Assembly: GCA_013139985.1 (NCBI GenBank) | Contig: WSZT01000164.1 | Location: forward strand, 1-54,835 | DNA: 54,835 bases | Reading direction: 5' to 3' | Origin: Candidatus Methanophagales archaeon | Lineage (GTDB): Archaea > Halobacteriota > Syntropharchaeia > Alkanophagales > Methanospirareceae | Shown: positions 8,668 through 17,876 of the stretch, one piece after another | How the letters are laid out: every line of letters begins with the position of its first letter | Position numbering within the stretch: the first letter of the stretch is position 1 | Made by a program: the position numbers and the translations under genes | Notes under the pieces: generated by a model | Databases searched by the model: none | The model's input: the letters and a program-made list of their open reading frames with translations, nothing else | What the model was told of the DNA's origin: nothing

Positions 8668-8838
8668 TTATAGCTCATCCCAATCAACAAAATCCCTATT
8701 ATTTAGCTCTTTCTTCGCTTTTCTGTAGGACACCATGAACTCTTCGTTCTCCATAAGTTCCAGCGATTCCATTACAACCTCGAAATCCTCTTTTAGCAGT
8801 ATAAAATCTTCAAAAGCGTCATAAACTTCACACACCAA
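8668..8838 (-). pseudogene. possible N-terminally truncated Phd/YefM-like antitoxin remnant
   Basis: A 56-codon frame below the track threshold reads ..EDFEVVMESLELMENEEFMVSYRKAKKELNNRDFVDWDEL*. This resembles only the C-terminal half of Phd/YefM antitoxins. Only TTG or GTG starts are available. Confidence 0.3.
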
Positions 8839-9019
8839 GAACCACCACCATAGGCATCAACATTTCATCATAAAAGCGAGTTCATGTGCCCTCGTTATGC
8901 AGCACCATGAAATTCGTATTTGTATAGAGCGAAAATCTCAAATTACAAGCACCAAATCTCAAACAGAGTATAATAACCAAAAACCAAAATTATAATTCGT
9001 AATTCCTTTTCCCCTTTCT

Positions 9020-9943
9020 TCAAACAGTATATCCCGCATAAGTTAATGCAAGCATACCCGAAATTCCGAACCGAGCGAGCAGTGCCAAATCATCCGTTTC
9101 TAGTTTCCGTTCTATAACAGGCGGAATAGGCTTTGTCCTTCTGCAAATAATCCGCCCGCCAGTCATTTTAGCACCCACAAAACCTTTACAATTGCCTTTT
9201 ACAAATACACGCCCTTTCATCTGCTCTATACCCAAGAACTCTGCTGCATCGCCCAATAAAATCACTTCGCCGCCATTTAGCAATGCCGCAGCGTTCATAC
9301 CTGCATCCCCCTCCACTATTACAGTACCTTTCCGCATCAATATGCCAACGCTTATACCTACATCGCCATCTACACGCACCTTCGCCTCCTTCAGACATCG
9401 TGCAGCGAGCGTATCCCGCAATATCTTATCCCTAAGAAGCAGTTCCCCATTCTTAAACACGTTAGGCTCACATAGCCCGTGCCGTTCTTCCGGGTGGTGC
9501 AAGAGCCATGTTATCGAAACAAATTTCTTATAACCTTCCAGATCGGACGTTACCTGCACCACATTACCAAGCGGTTCTTTAACTTTGCCTTTAACGTATA
9601 TGGCGCCAGAAAGCATACTCAATCCGAGATGAGAACCGGCATTTCCATCTACTATTATAGAGCCCATTTCTGACAGCTCCTTACCGCTACCGCCAAAAAA
9701 AACAAGGTCCACACCAAAACTCGAACCAACTCGCGTGCCCACATCGCCCTTGATATGCACGTCTTCACCGCTTTTCAGTGCCTCCACTACCTTTTCATAT
9801 GTATAATTCGTGCCGGACTGCGAAGGGATAGCATCAGTAGGATTGAGCTTTGCTCCTTTATGGTGCCAGATGAAGTTATATGTGAAGTCACCAATGCAGT
9901 TTTGTGGCGAACTTAGTTTCAGGTCCATAGAGATATATATCAC
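9020..9943 (-). CDS. GXGXG-motif beta-helix protein (glutamate synthase domain 3 / formylmethanofuran dehydrogenase subunit C-like)
   Basis: 307-aa ORF with repeated G-x-G-x-G turns (IKGDVGTRVGSSFG, VDGNAGSHLGLSMLSGAIYVKG, VDGDVGISVGILMRKGTVIVEGDAGMNAAALLNGGEVILLGDA). Confidence 0.7.
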   Translation of the reverse strand: MIYISMDLKLSSPQNCIGDFTYNFIWHHKGAKLNPTDAIPSQSGTNYTYEKVVEALKSGEDVHIKGDVGTRVGSSFGVDLVFFGGSGKELSEMGSIIVDGNAGSHLGLSMLSGAIYVKGKVKEPLGNVVQVTSDLEGYKKFVSITWLLHHPEERHGLCEPNVFKNGELLLRDKILRDTLAARCLKEAKVRVDGDVGISVGILMRKGTVIVEGDAGMNAAALLNGGEVILLGDAAEFLGIEQMKGRVFVKGNCKGFVGAKMTGGRIICRRTKPIPPVIERKLETDDLALLARFGISGMLALTYAGYTV

Positions 9944-9986
9944 TTGGAGCTACTGATATTTCTTTAAAACGTTATCAAAGAGATAA

Positions 9987-10528
9987 TATGACCTGGACTG
10001 CAAATTACGCGAGCAGGGATTTGAACAAGGAAGTTGTCATGTATTTGATTTTACGACTGGGCGGGAGCAGACAGCTTGTGAAGCCACACTCAAATATGAA
10101 GGAGGGATCCCATACCGGCTGATAAATGCAATCCTTCTTTCACGGCCTGAGCATTATCTCTCTGTTTACCAATCTGGTTGCAACCTCAGATGTAAAAAAT
10201 GCCACTCGTGGCAGTTTACTCAAAATGCGGTAGGCGAGTGGATGTCACCACATGATATAGCTAAGGAGGTCGAGCGATACATGCAGGAATACGAAATAAC
10301 TTTTGTGCGGCACGAGCACGCAACGAGTTGGCATGCACATGAGCTTTCTTCCCGGCGTATAAGATGGGCGAGGTCCCACCTCCAGATCTATGGCAGATGA
10401 TAGATGCTTATACTGCGGCAAAGGATGCCGGCTTGAGAAAGGTCAAACTTGGGAATTTCCATTTATTCGTGAAGACACGTGAGGAATATGAGACAGTGGA
10501 AAAAATCGTTGGAGAAGAGAGTTTCTAG
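9987..10528 (+). pseudogene. decayed radical SAM enzyme gene (no start codon, frameshift, internal deletion)
   Basis: Frame 0 (9987-10400) reads ..SRPEHYLSVYQSGCNLRCKKCHSWQF.., which contains the CxxxCxxC cluster. A different frame (10364-10528) carries a C-terminal-like piece, PPDLWQMIDAYTAAKDAGLRKVKLGNFH... Together they span only about 180 codons. Confidence 0.6.
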
Positions 10529-10665
10529 ATTAGGAATTACTGGTTTAGTATTGGTTATTTAAAGTTGCATGGCATAATCAATTAACAGGGTTACATCAAT
10601 AGAGGAGCGGCTGATGGTGGTATACGAGCACGGCCGTATATTTAATATTCAGGGGGCGATAAGAG

Positions 10666-11535
10666 ATGAAGAATATGACTTCTTCGGACGAGGGAGAGAT
10701 GCTACGGAATCGCAAGGAATTCGACACGGAATATATCGCATGGGTAGAGAACGCAGCAAAGGAGATTGCGGAAACGTTAAAGACGCTTGACATCAGTAAA
10801 ATAAGCGAAATCATCGAATTTCACGATAAAATAGCGGGGCTTCCTGCTTCGATGCATCAGCCGCTGGATAGCGAAGAGAAACAGAGAGTCGAAGAACTCA
10901 TTGGTAAAGATCGTCTCAAAGATACGATTGTGCTAAAAAACCAAGCTCTTATTTTCGCACCCTCTATCTTAGTGCCTTCTTCCACGTTTTTAGATTATGG
11001 TACGGCAATGCATCGTCGATTTTTCCTGCGGGGCTTCTGGTTCTCAATCCTAGCATTAAACGATGCGTATCTCAAATCCGCGTCTGAACTCATGCTTAAA
11101 TACATATTCGAGCACGAACTTACTCAGGGCGAACTATACAAAGAATTAGCAGAGCTTCAGATCGGAGATATTGGCTCTGAGATAAAAGGTGCAGTCCATG
11201 AAGAAGCGCGTATTAAAGCGATGCGGCAGTCGGCAATTTCAGAAGACGAAGTAGAACGCGAAAGGCAATTGATACTAAACCTCGCCACGGAATATCCGGT
11301 GGTTCCCGCGCAGTTCGCATCGGCATCGCTTTTTATGTACTTAGAAGAGAATTGGGAAGAGCTAAAGCAGTTTGGAGTCACCAGCCAGAACGAAAAGGAA
11401 AAGAAATTGGAACCCGAAGCCAAAAAAATCAGTGATTGGGCTGATTTCGCCCGTAACTTATTTGTATTATTTCTGAATGCATTTAAAAAAGAGATGACCA
11501 TGACCGGGGTAGAATATGGTGCTGGAATAGTATAA
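10666..11535 (+). CDS. hypothetical protein
   Basis: 289-aa ORF with ordinary coding composition. I recognise no motif. Confidence 0.55.
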   Translation: MKNMTSSDEGEMLRNRKEFDTEYIAWVENAAKEIAETLKTLDISKISEIIEFHDKIAGLPASMHQPLDSEEKQRVEELIGKDRLKDTIVLKNQALIFAPSILVPSSTFLDYGTAMHRRFFLRGFWFSILALNDAYLKSASELMLKYIFEHELTQGELYKELAELQIGDIGSEIKGAVHEEARIKAMRQSAISEDEVERERQLILNLATEYPVVPAQFASASLFMYLEENWEELKQFGVTSQNEKEKKLEPEAKKISDWADFARNLFVLFLNAFKKEMTMTGVEYGAGIV

Positions 11536-11645
11536 CATCAATTATCAAATCACAAACAAATTCCAAGTCCTAAATCAAAAACCCTTATTTTTTTGTCATT
11601 GGGATCTCGTTATCGTATATAAGGTACAACCACCTTTTGTTCTGT

Positions 11646-12569
11646 ATGCTGCGAATAACATTCTTAGGAACCGGCGGCTCAACGCCTACGCCGAACAGGA
11701 ATCCGTCTGCGATAGCGGTGAATAGAGAAGGCGAGTTAATACTATTTGATTGTGGAGAAGGAGCGCAGCAGCAGATGATGCGTGCAAAGAGTGGCATGAG
11801 GATAACTTCCATCTTCATCTCGCATTTCCATGCCGATCATGTGCTTGGTATCCCGGGTTTATTACAGACAATGGCGTTGCAAGATAGACAAGAGCCTTTA
11901 GAGATATACGGACCCAAGCAGGTGGATAAATTCTTATACCATCTCCTTGCCCTGGGCTATGCGGGAAAGAATTTTGAAGTGAAAGCGATAGAACTGCGGC
12001 CGGGCGATGTAGTAAGAAGAGTGGGGTATGAGATAAAAGTGATAAAAACGGTGCACAATATACTAAGTATAGGATACGTGCTAGAAGAGGATATGCGACC
12101 CGGGAGGTTCAACAGGGAAAGAGCAATAGAGCTAGGCATAAAACCGGGCCCTTTATTTTCTAAGCTTCAATCAGGGCGTTCCATTCTACTGGATGGAAAG
12201 GAGATACGACCTGAGCAAGTCGTAGGACCACCAAGACCAGGCAGGAAAATTGTATATACCGGAGATACGAGACCTTGTGATAGCGTAATAGAGGCGAGTG
12301 AGAACGCGGATTTATTAATTCACGATAGCACCTTATCAGAGGAGACGAAAGAATATGCGATTAATTACATGCATTCAACGGCATTAGAAGCTGCGGAAGT
12401 GGCGAAAAAGGCATCTGTAAGAAAACTCATCTTAACACATATCAGCGCGCGATATTCTGATCCGGGCGGAGCAAGTAAATTGGAAGAAGAAGCACGGAGC
12501 GAGTTTGAGAATACCGAAGTCGCAAAAGATTTAATGACTGAGGAAGTAGGATATAGAGATGAGGAGTGA
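11646..12569 (+). CDS. rnz: ribonuclease Z (tRNA 3' endonuclease, metallo-beta-lactamase fold)
   Basis: Contains MLRITFLGTGGSTPT, FDCGEGAQQQM, ISHFHADHVLGIPGLL and LILTHIS. ATG at 11646 preferred over the TTG at 11637. Confidence 0.9.
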   Translation: MLRITFLGTGGSTPTPNRNPSAIAVNREGELILFDCGEGAQQQMMRAKSGMRITSIFISHFHADHVLGIPGLLQTMALQDRQEPLEIYGPKQVDKFLYHLLALGYAGKNFEVKAIELRPGDVVRRVGYEIKVIKTVHNILSIGYVLEEDMRPGRFNRERAIELGIKPGPLFSKLQSGRSILLDGKEIRPEQVVGPPRPGRKIVYTGDTRPCDSVIEASENADLLIHDSTLSEETKEYAINYMHSTALEAAEVAKKASVRKLILTHISARYSDPGGASKLEEEARSEFENTEVAKDLMTEEVGYRDEE

Positions 12570-12830
12570 GGAGAGTAAGCCCCCTTCTGTTTCCGCGGCA
12601 TTTATCTTTGCGCCCTATTTTGGCTTGCACCCACGAGGTTGGTCGATTCCATCCGCAACCATACGTCTTCATCCTTACGGAATCATCACATTAGTATGGT
12701 ACGGTACCGTTTCTATACCAGTGCCAAGACTCTCGCCTTATGCCCTCTCGGCATTCGTGCCCTTATGGTGGGGGGACTTTCCTCAGCCTTCTACGAACGA
12801 AGGCCGGCAGCCGCCCTTCCTCTCTCCTTA
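12568..12830 (-). ncRNA. rnpB: RNase P RNA (ends approximate)
   Basis: The minus strand carries the universal CR-I motif GAGGAAAGUCC (plus strand ggactttcctc around 12775-12787). It also carries the CR-V-like ACAGAAGGGGGCUUAC (plus strand gtaagcccccttctgt, 12576-12591). A terminal P1 pairing GGAGAG/CUCUCC links 12822-12827 with 12570-12575. Confidence 0.85.
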
Positions 12831-12884
12831 GACAGAGATTTATATTATCCTATGTAAATAAAGTAAGCAAATATCTCGCATCCG

Positions 12885-13985
12885 TTATCTGATAACCGGT
12901 ATAATATCGCTGATTGCCCCCTTATGCACCGGTCTTTCGTTTTGATTTATTACATTTTCACGCTTTGTATAGTCCCCGCCAAATGTCCACTTCGGCTCCA
13001 CACCGGTCATTATTGCCGATACCTTTGCCGTCCCATTGCAACCCTCATTTATCCTCGCTCCCCATATTACATTTGCATCCTGATCCAGTTCGTAAGTAAG
13101 TAACTCTACAATGTCATTTGTCTCTTTCATCGTTAGGTCAGAACCACCAGTCACATGTATAAGAGCACCTTTTGCACCCTTATAATCTGCATCTAACAGG
13201 GGATGACTGAATGCATCTTCTACCACCGCTTCGGATTTGTTCTCCGCTTTCGACGTCTCGCCTACAAGCATCACTGCAACACCGCCTGCTTCCATTACCG
13301 ACTTGAGGTCCGCGAAGTCAAGATTTATCAGAGAAGGCTGTGTTATCGTCTCCGCAATACCCTGTATCGTGTCTGCAATCAACGTATCCATGGTTTTAAA
13401 AGCCTCATTTACCGGAAGATTTCCTGCATATTTTAGCAACTTGTCGTTTTCCAGCACGATAACCGTATCGGTAGACTCCCTCAACTTCTTTATCCCCTCT
13501 GCTGCTTTGTCTCTTCTTCGCCTTTCCACTTCAAAGGGAAACGAGACCATCGCAACTACGATCGCGCCGGCTTCCTTCGCTATTTCTGCGATAACAGGCG
13601 CAGCCCCGGTGCCTGTTCCTCCGCCCATGCCGGCGGTGAGGAACACGAAGTTTTTTCCTTCGAATAACTCCCCTAACACTTCCCGGTCTAATTCCGCTGC
13701 CTTTCGCCCTACATCGGGAGCGCCCCCGGATCCTAATCCGTGGGTGAGCGTTTTCCCTATCAATAGCTTCCGTTCACATTCTATCGAATCCAGGTGCAGC
13801 TTGTCAGTATTTATAGCTATTCGATCAACACCATCTAATCCGCCCAAATCCTCTAATCTACCCATAGAGTTGTTTCCCGCTCCACCAACGCCAACTATTG
13901 CTAACCGCGGCACTCCAAACCACTCCTCCATTTCTTCGCCCATGCTTAGCCCCTCAGAGCAATAACCTAACACTTTATCCATCAT
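12885..13985 (-). CDS. ftsZ: cell division GTPase FtsZ
   Basis: Contains IVGVGGAGNN and the tubulin signature GMGGGTGTGAAPVIAEIAKE, plus NLDFADLKSVM. The true start may be an internal Met. Confidence 0.9.
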   Translation of the reverse strand: MMDKVLGYCSEGLSMGEEMEEWFGVPRLAIVGVGGAGNNSMGRLEDLGGLDGVDRIAINTDKLHLDSIECERKLLIGKTLTHGLGSGGAPDVGRKAAELDREVLGELFEGKNFVFLTAGMGGGTGTGAAPVIAEIAKEAGAIVVAMVSFPFEVERRRRDKAAEGIKKLRESTDTVIVLENDKLLKYAGNLPVNEAFKTMDTLIADTIQGIAETITQPSLINLDFADLKSVMEAGGVAVMLVGETSKAENKSEAVVEDAFSHPLLDADYKGAKGALIHVTGGSDLTMKETNDIVELLTYELDQDANVIWGARINEGCNGTAKVSAIMTGVEPKWTFGGDYTKRENVINQNERPVHKGAISDIIPVIR

Positions 13986-14093
13986 TTTCCACCTTCCCCT
14001 TTTCTATTCTACTATCATCCCACATACTTATAACTACCTCTTCTTAAGAAGGAGGTGTTATATAAACTTTTCGGTTGCCATCCTATAATATAT

Positions 14094-14120
14094 ATAGTCT
14101 TCTAGACTAGAAAAGACTAT
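14094..14120. promoter_or_regulatory. imperfect palindrome in the ftsZ / cetZ-operon divergent intergenic region (candidate operator)
   Basis: ATAGTCTTCTAG-A-CTAGAAAAGACTAT. The arms match apart from a 2-nt insertion. It sits among TATA-like A/T tracts between the divergent genes. Confidence 0.3.
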
Positions 14121-14175
14121 AAAGAGAAATTTTAAATAAATTAGATGATACGATCCATAACTAATCTTTGGTGGA

Positions 14176-15078
14176 GTGAAAATGGTTGAAAAGTTCAATG
14201 AGCGGGCAAATACGATAGCAAATGAATACTGGCGGTTGAAAGAGGTAACTGCGGACAAAGCAGATGAAGCTAGATTAGCGGAAATAGAGAAGCTATTGGA
14301 AAAAGGGATAGGGGGTAAGCTACAGGAACAATTAGCGGCAGAATCGAAGACGCTAAGGAAAGAGAAGGAAGATAGAAGCAGTGCCTCTGAGAAACTAGCG
14401 GAATTGAAGAAGGAAATGACAGAGCTAACAGCGGATTTAGCCCCGAATCTCGACCTCTTTGTGGATGATTTCTTCCCTTATGACAGTGAGCACGAACCGA
14501 TTTCGGAGGCGTATTTCATGGCTATTACCGATATCTTTTTTGGATCGCCTCAGCCAAATATCAAATTTAAAATAGCTGCCTTCTCTACGGAGGGAATAAA
14601 AGTTAATTCAACTGACGAAAATTCACCTTTGACTATCCTGGCGTATGTAATAATGATAATTCAAGAGACAGCGAAGCACATGTTAGGCATGGAGAATATC
14701 ATAGGTAGGTGCTGTAAGCTACTCAAACAAAATGAATATGCTTTTATTGCTTTAGGGACTTTGATTAAAGAAGGAAAGGTGCTGATGCTAAAGGAGATAA
14801 AGGAGATTTCTAAAAGGGAAGATAGGGAATATAAAGAGCTGGTAAGTAGCACATATGATAAAGAATTGAGTAATGGTGTGGCGTATTTAGTGAGCGACGA
14901 ATGGGAATATAACATGGTGCAGGAATTGAGTGGCGAATATGAAGTGACGGACTTTGGCGAATGGGTGTGGCGAGTATGCAATGTCGAAGCGAGAGGGGGG
15001 GAATGGAAAGGGAAGGGAAAAAGTATTTCATCTCCAAATTTGGATATTCATAAGATAATAAACTTTTTAAGGAGATAG
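14176..15078 (+). CDS. hypothetical coiled-coil protein, first gene of the cetZ cluster
   Basis: 300-aa ORF with a GTG start. It has an N-terminal heptad-rich Glu/Lys/Leu segment and no motif I recognise. Confidence 0.55.
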   Translation: MKMVEKFNERANTIANEYWRLKEVTADKADEARLAEIEKLLEKGIGGKLQEQLAAESKTLRKEKEDRSSASEKLAELKKEMTELTADLAPNLDLFVDDFFPYDSEHEPISEAYFMAITDIFFGSPQPNIKFKIAAFSTEGIKVNSTDENSPLTILAYVIMIIQETAKHMLGMENIIGRCCKLLKQNEYAFIALGTLIKEGKVLMLKEIKEISKREDREYKELVSSTYDKELSNGVAYLVSDEWEYNMVQELSGEYEVTDFGEWVWRVCNVEARGGEWKGKGKSISSPNLDIHKIINFLRR

Positions 15079-15097
15079 TGCAAATAAAGAAGCGGGC

Positions 15098-15799
15098 ATG
15101 AGGAAGAAGAAAGATAAAGAGGAGAAGGAAAAGGTAATAGCTTATCTGCGATCAAGATTATTCCCCTGGAATTTCGTTTTCGAGGACGTTGAGGCAGATG
15201 CCATAGAACATTTTGTTCCATATGCGATTCAGGTATGCGAAGGGAAGGGGATAAATAAAAAGGCAATTGGTGGCGAGGTGTTAAAAGAGGTAATTACAAG
15301 GGAAGTAAGGGAAGCAGTTAACGATTATCTATTTGATACGGGTGATAAAGAGATTATGAGGATGCATGGTAAATTCATAACTAATTACCCCTTTGCGTTC
15401 TCTCAGTGTTTGGTCTATGTGATCTTAGACCGACTTGGGCTCAATATGGGCGAAGTGTTAGATCTAAAAGCGGTTAGCGATTTATTGGGCACGGATGTAG
15501 AACGGCTAAGAGATAGGGGGGTTTTTATCAATGGCTTAATAATAAAGAACGAAAAGAATGCGTTGAAGCTGTTTGGTAAAGACATTTTAGATAGAAAGGT
15601 AATAAGCGTAGGGGGCGATTATGTAGGTCATCTGGGAGATATTATTTTTGATATAGATAAAGGGGATGTGGCTGGATTAATAATAAACCACAGAAAGGGC
15701 ACGGGATTGGAAAAGAGCCAGGTATCCATGAGCGATGTGCGTTTAAATATGTATACTAAGAATATTAGTTTAAAACATTCAAATTACAATAAGAAATGA
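15098..15799 (+). CDS. PRC-barrel domain-containing protein
   Basis: The C-terminal segment GKDILDRKVISVGGDYVGHLGDIIFDIDKGDVAGLIINHRKG matches the PRC-barrel pattern. The N-terminal half is unknown. Confidence 0.65.
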   Translation: MRKKKDKEEKEKVIAYLRSRLFPWNFVFEDVEADAIEHFVPYAIQVCEGKGINKKAIGGEVLKEVITREVREAVNDYLFDTGDKEIMRMHGKFITNYPFAFSQCLVYVILDRLGLNMGEVLDLKAVSDLLGTDVERLRDRGVFINGLIIKNEKNALKLFGKDILDRKVISVGGDYVGHLGDIIFDIDKGDVAGLIINHRKGTGLEKSQVSMSDVRLNMYTKNISLKHSNYNKK

Positions 15800-15820
15800 A
15801 AAAGGGGAGGGGGATATAAA

Positions 15821-16975
15821 ATGCGGATATTTGTGATAGGCTACGGGCAGGCGGGAGGAAGAGTAGCGGATTCTTTTTTAGAATTTGCTAAGCGAACGGG
15901 GCAAAATTTTGTTGCTCGTGCATTGGCCATTAATACGGCAACGTCTGATCTGATGGGACTGAAGAATATACCGATGGAAGATCGGTTGCTTATAGGTGAA
16001 TCACTAACGAAAGGGCATGGAATAGGGGCCGATAATGAATTAGGTGCGAAGGTAGCTACGGAGGAGCTTTATACCATTCAGAGTGAAATAGATGAGCGGG
16101 GGTCGTATAAGGTTGATGCTTTTTTACTAATAGCTGGTTTAGGTGGAGGGACGGGTTCTGGTGGTGCGCCTGTATTAGCAAGGCGGCTGAAGAAGTTATA
16201 TGAGGAGCCAGTTTATGGACTCGGTATTCTACCATCGAAAGATGAAGGGAGTTTGTATTCCTTAAATGCTGCAAGGAGTCTGGTGACTCTGGTAAACGAA
16301 GTGGATAATCTCTTCTTGTTCGATAACGATGCGTGGAAGAAGGGCGGAGAGAGCGTAAAAGAGGCTTTTGCAGATATAAATAACGAGATAGTGAGACGAT
16401 TCGGGCTTTTGTTCGGCGCAGGAGAAGCAAATGAGGTAGGGCAGATGGTGGTAGATGCAGCAGAGATAATTAACACGCTTAAAGGGGGCGGGATATCATC
16501 AATTGGCTATGCGGCAGAAGAAATAGCAAGTGAAGGTATTCTAAAGAAGTTCTTTGGAAATAAAAAAGGAAACGTAGAAAAGTTAGATTCCGTTACAAGG
16601 ATTACGTCTTTGGTTAGGCGAGCAATAGCAGGCCGATTAACGATACCATGCGATGTTTCAACAGCGGAAAAGGCGTTGATAATTGCTGCGGGACCACCAA
16701 AGGAATTGAGTAGAAAGGGTATAGAACGGTCAAAGGTGCGAATAGAAGATATGATAAGGGGGACAGAAGTAAGGGGGGGGGATTTCCCACTTGTAAAGGG
16801 GCAGCATGTAGCCACAGTCGTTCTTTTTTCTGGCGTGTCTGATGTTCCACGGATAAAAGAGTTACAAAATACTGGCGCAGAAGCACAGGAGGTCATAAAG
16901 GAAGTGACAACAGAGAAAGAGAAAGACTATAAAGAGCTAATGGATACTAACGATAATATAAAACCGTTGTTCTGA
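15821..16975 (+). CDS. cetZ: tubulin/FtsZ-superfamily protein CetZ
   Basis: Contains MRIFVIGYGQAGGRVADSF, KGHGIGADNELGA, GLGGGTGSGGAPVLARRLK, VYGLGILPSKDEG and DNLFLFDNDAW, the CetZ-type motifs. Confidence 0.9.
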   Translation: MRIFVIGYGQAGGRVADSFLEFAKRTGQNFVARALAINTATSDLMGLKNIPMEDRLLIGESLTKGHGIGADNELGAKVATEELYTIQSEIDERGSYKVDAFLLIAGLGGGTGSGGAPVLARRLKKLYEEPVYGLGILPSKDEGSLYSLNAARSLVTLVNEVDNLFLFDNDAWKKGGESVKEAFADINNEIVRRFGLLFGAGEANEVGQMVVDAAEIINTLKGGGISSIGYAAEEIASEGILKKFFGNKKGNVEKLDSVTRITSLVRRAIAGRLTIPCDVSTAEKALIIAAGPPKELSRKGIERSKVRIEDMIRGTEVRGGDFPLVKGQHVATVVLFSGVSDVPRIKELQNTGAEAQEVIKEVTTEKEKDYKELMDTNDNIKPLF

Positions 16976-16977
16976 AG

Positions 16978-17826
16978 GTGATAACATTGAAAATTTACCA
17001 TAAGTATGTTTTGATAGCAATTGTCGTCGGGGCCCTTTTTTTTGTGCCTCTAATGAGCGTGAGCGGGGCTGCTACGAAAGAGCTAACGGAATCGCCTTTT
17101 GTGAAATCGGAAATAAAGAATATCGATTATGAAGTGGTGTCAGGAACAGAGCGGGTAAAGAACTGCACTGAAGTTTCTATAAAAATCGTCTTAGCGAACG
17201 TTAGTAAAGAGATAGGCTCATCAGAGCTTATTTTCTATTCTGAATTGGTAGGCGCAGAGGGGCATATAAAGGATAAAGTACTCCAAAGTGGCAGTATTTA
17301 TATGCTAAATCCCGAAGTAGTAGGCGAAGAAGCAGTAGTAAGTTGGTCCGGTGAGGCACCAGATGCGAAAAGACGGGTTTCGTTCACATTGTTAAACATA
17401 ACGCAGGAGACCACGGAAGGACAATATCCGGTAGAGAGCATAATAAGGGATGTCTCATCAGAGATGATAGAAGATGCTCTTAACGTCTGTTATAACGCCA
17501 AGAAAGCGATAGAAGAAGCAAATCAGACAATAACGAACGCCAACGAGAAGGGGCTAAATGTGGCAAGTGCTACTACGAAATTCGAGCTTGCCAGGGAGCA
17601 CCTGAATAATTCTCTTGGCTATTATAATTTAGGTAGGCAAGATGCGGCATTAGAAGCAGCTAAGCTGGCTTTGATTCATGCAGAAGCGGCTAATAAGCTT
17701 ACCAAAGGTGCAGAAACCACCAGTGAAATCAGGAATTACGGCATTCTCGCCGCAGTCGTAGTAATTATAGTGGTGGTGCTTGCAGTTATACTTATGCAAA
17801 GGAAGAGAAAGCGGGGCATATATTAA
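16978..17826 (+). CDS. bitopic membrane/extracytoplasmic protein (N-terminal signal or TM segment, C-terminal TM anchor plus basic tail)
   Basis: 282-aa ORF with a GTG start 3 nt after the cetZ stop. The N-terminus is YVLIAIVVGALFFVPLMSVSGA and the C-terminus is GILAAVVVIIVVVLAVILMQRKRKRG. Confidence 0.6.
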   Translation: MITLKIYHKYVLIAIVVGALFFVPLMSVSGAATKELTESPFVKSEIKNIDYEVVSGTERVKNCTEVSIKIVLANVSKEIGSSELIFYSELVGAEGHIKDKVLQSGSIYMLNPEVVGEEAVVSWSGEAPDAKRRVSFTLLNITQETTEGQYPVESIIRDVSSEMIEDALNVCYNAKKAIEEANQTITNANEKGLNVASATTKFELAREHLNNSLGYYNLGRQDAALEAAKLALIHAEAANKLTKGAETTSEIRNYGILAAVVVIIVVVLAVILMQRKRKRGIY

Positions 17827-17876
17827 ATAAACCTGTTTTGCCGGAAAAGGCGTTTTCGTGACATAGGTTCTTCCGG

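Noticed and set aside
8925-8990. AAAATCTCAAATTACAAGCACCAAATCTCAAAC, a possible further copy of the repeat family
   Set aside because: It shows only loose similarity in unit pattern, with no inverted partner or alignable flanks. This is too weak to call.
12559-12857. Short ORFs on both strands (90, 72, 76 and 78 aa)
   Set aside because: The region is explained by the RNase P RNA gene, which carries the CR-I and CR-V motifs. The ORFs have no coding features.
13237-13965. 242-aa plus-strand ORF
   Set aside because: It is entirely antisense to ftsZ, which has unambiguous tubulin-signature motifs. Its translation is low-complexity (Ser/Pro/Ala/Ile-rich), typical of a shadow ORF.
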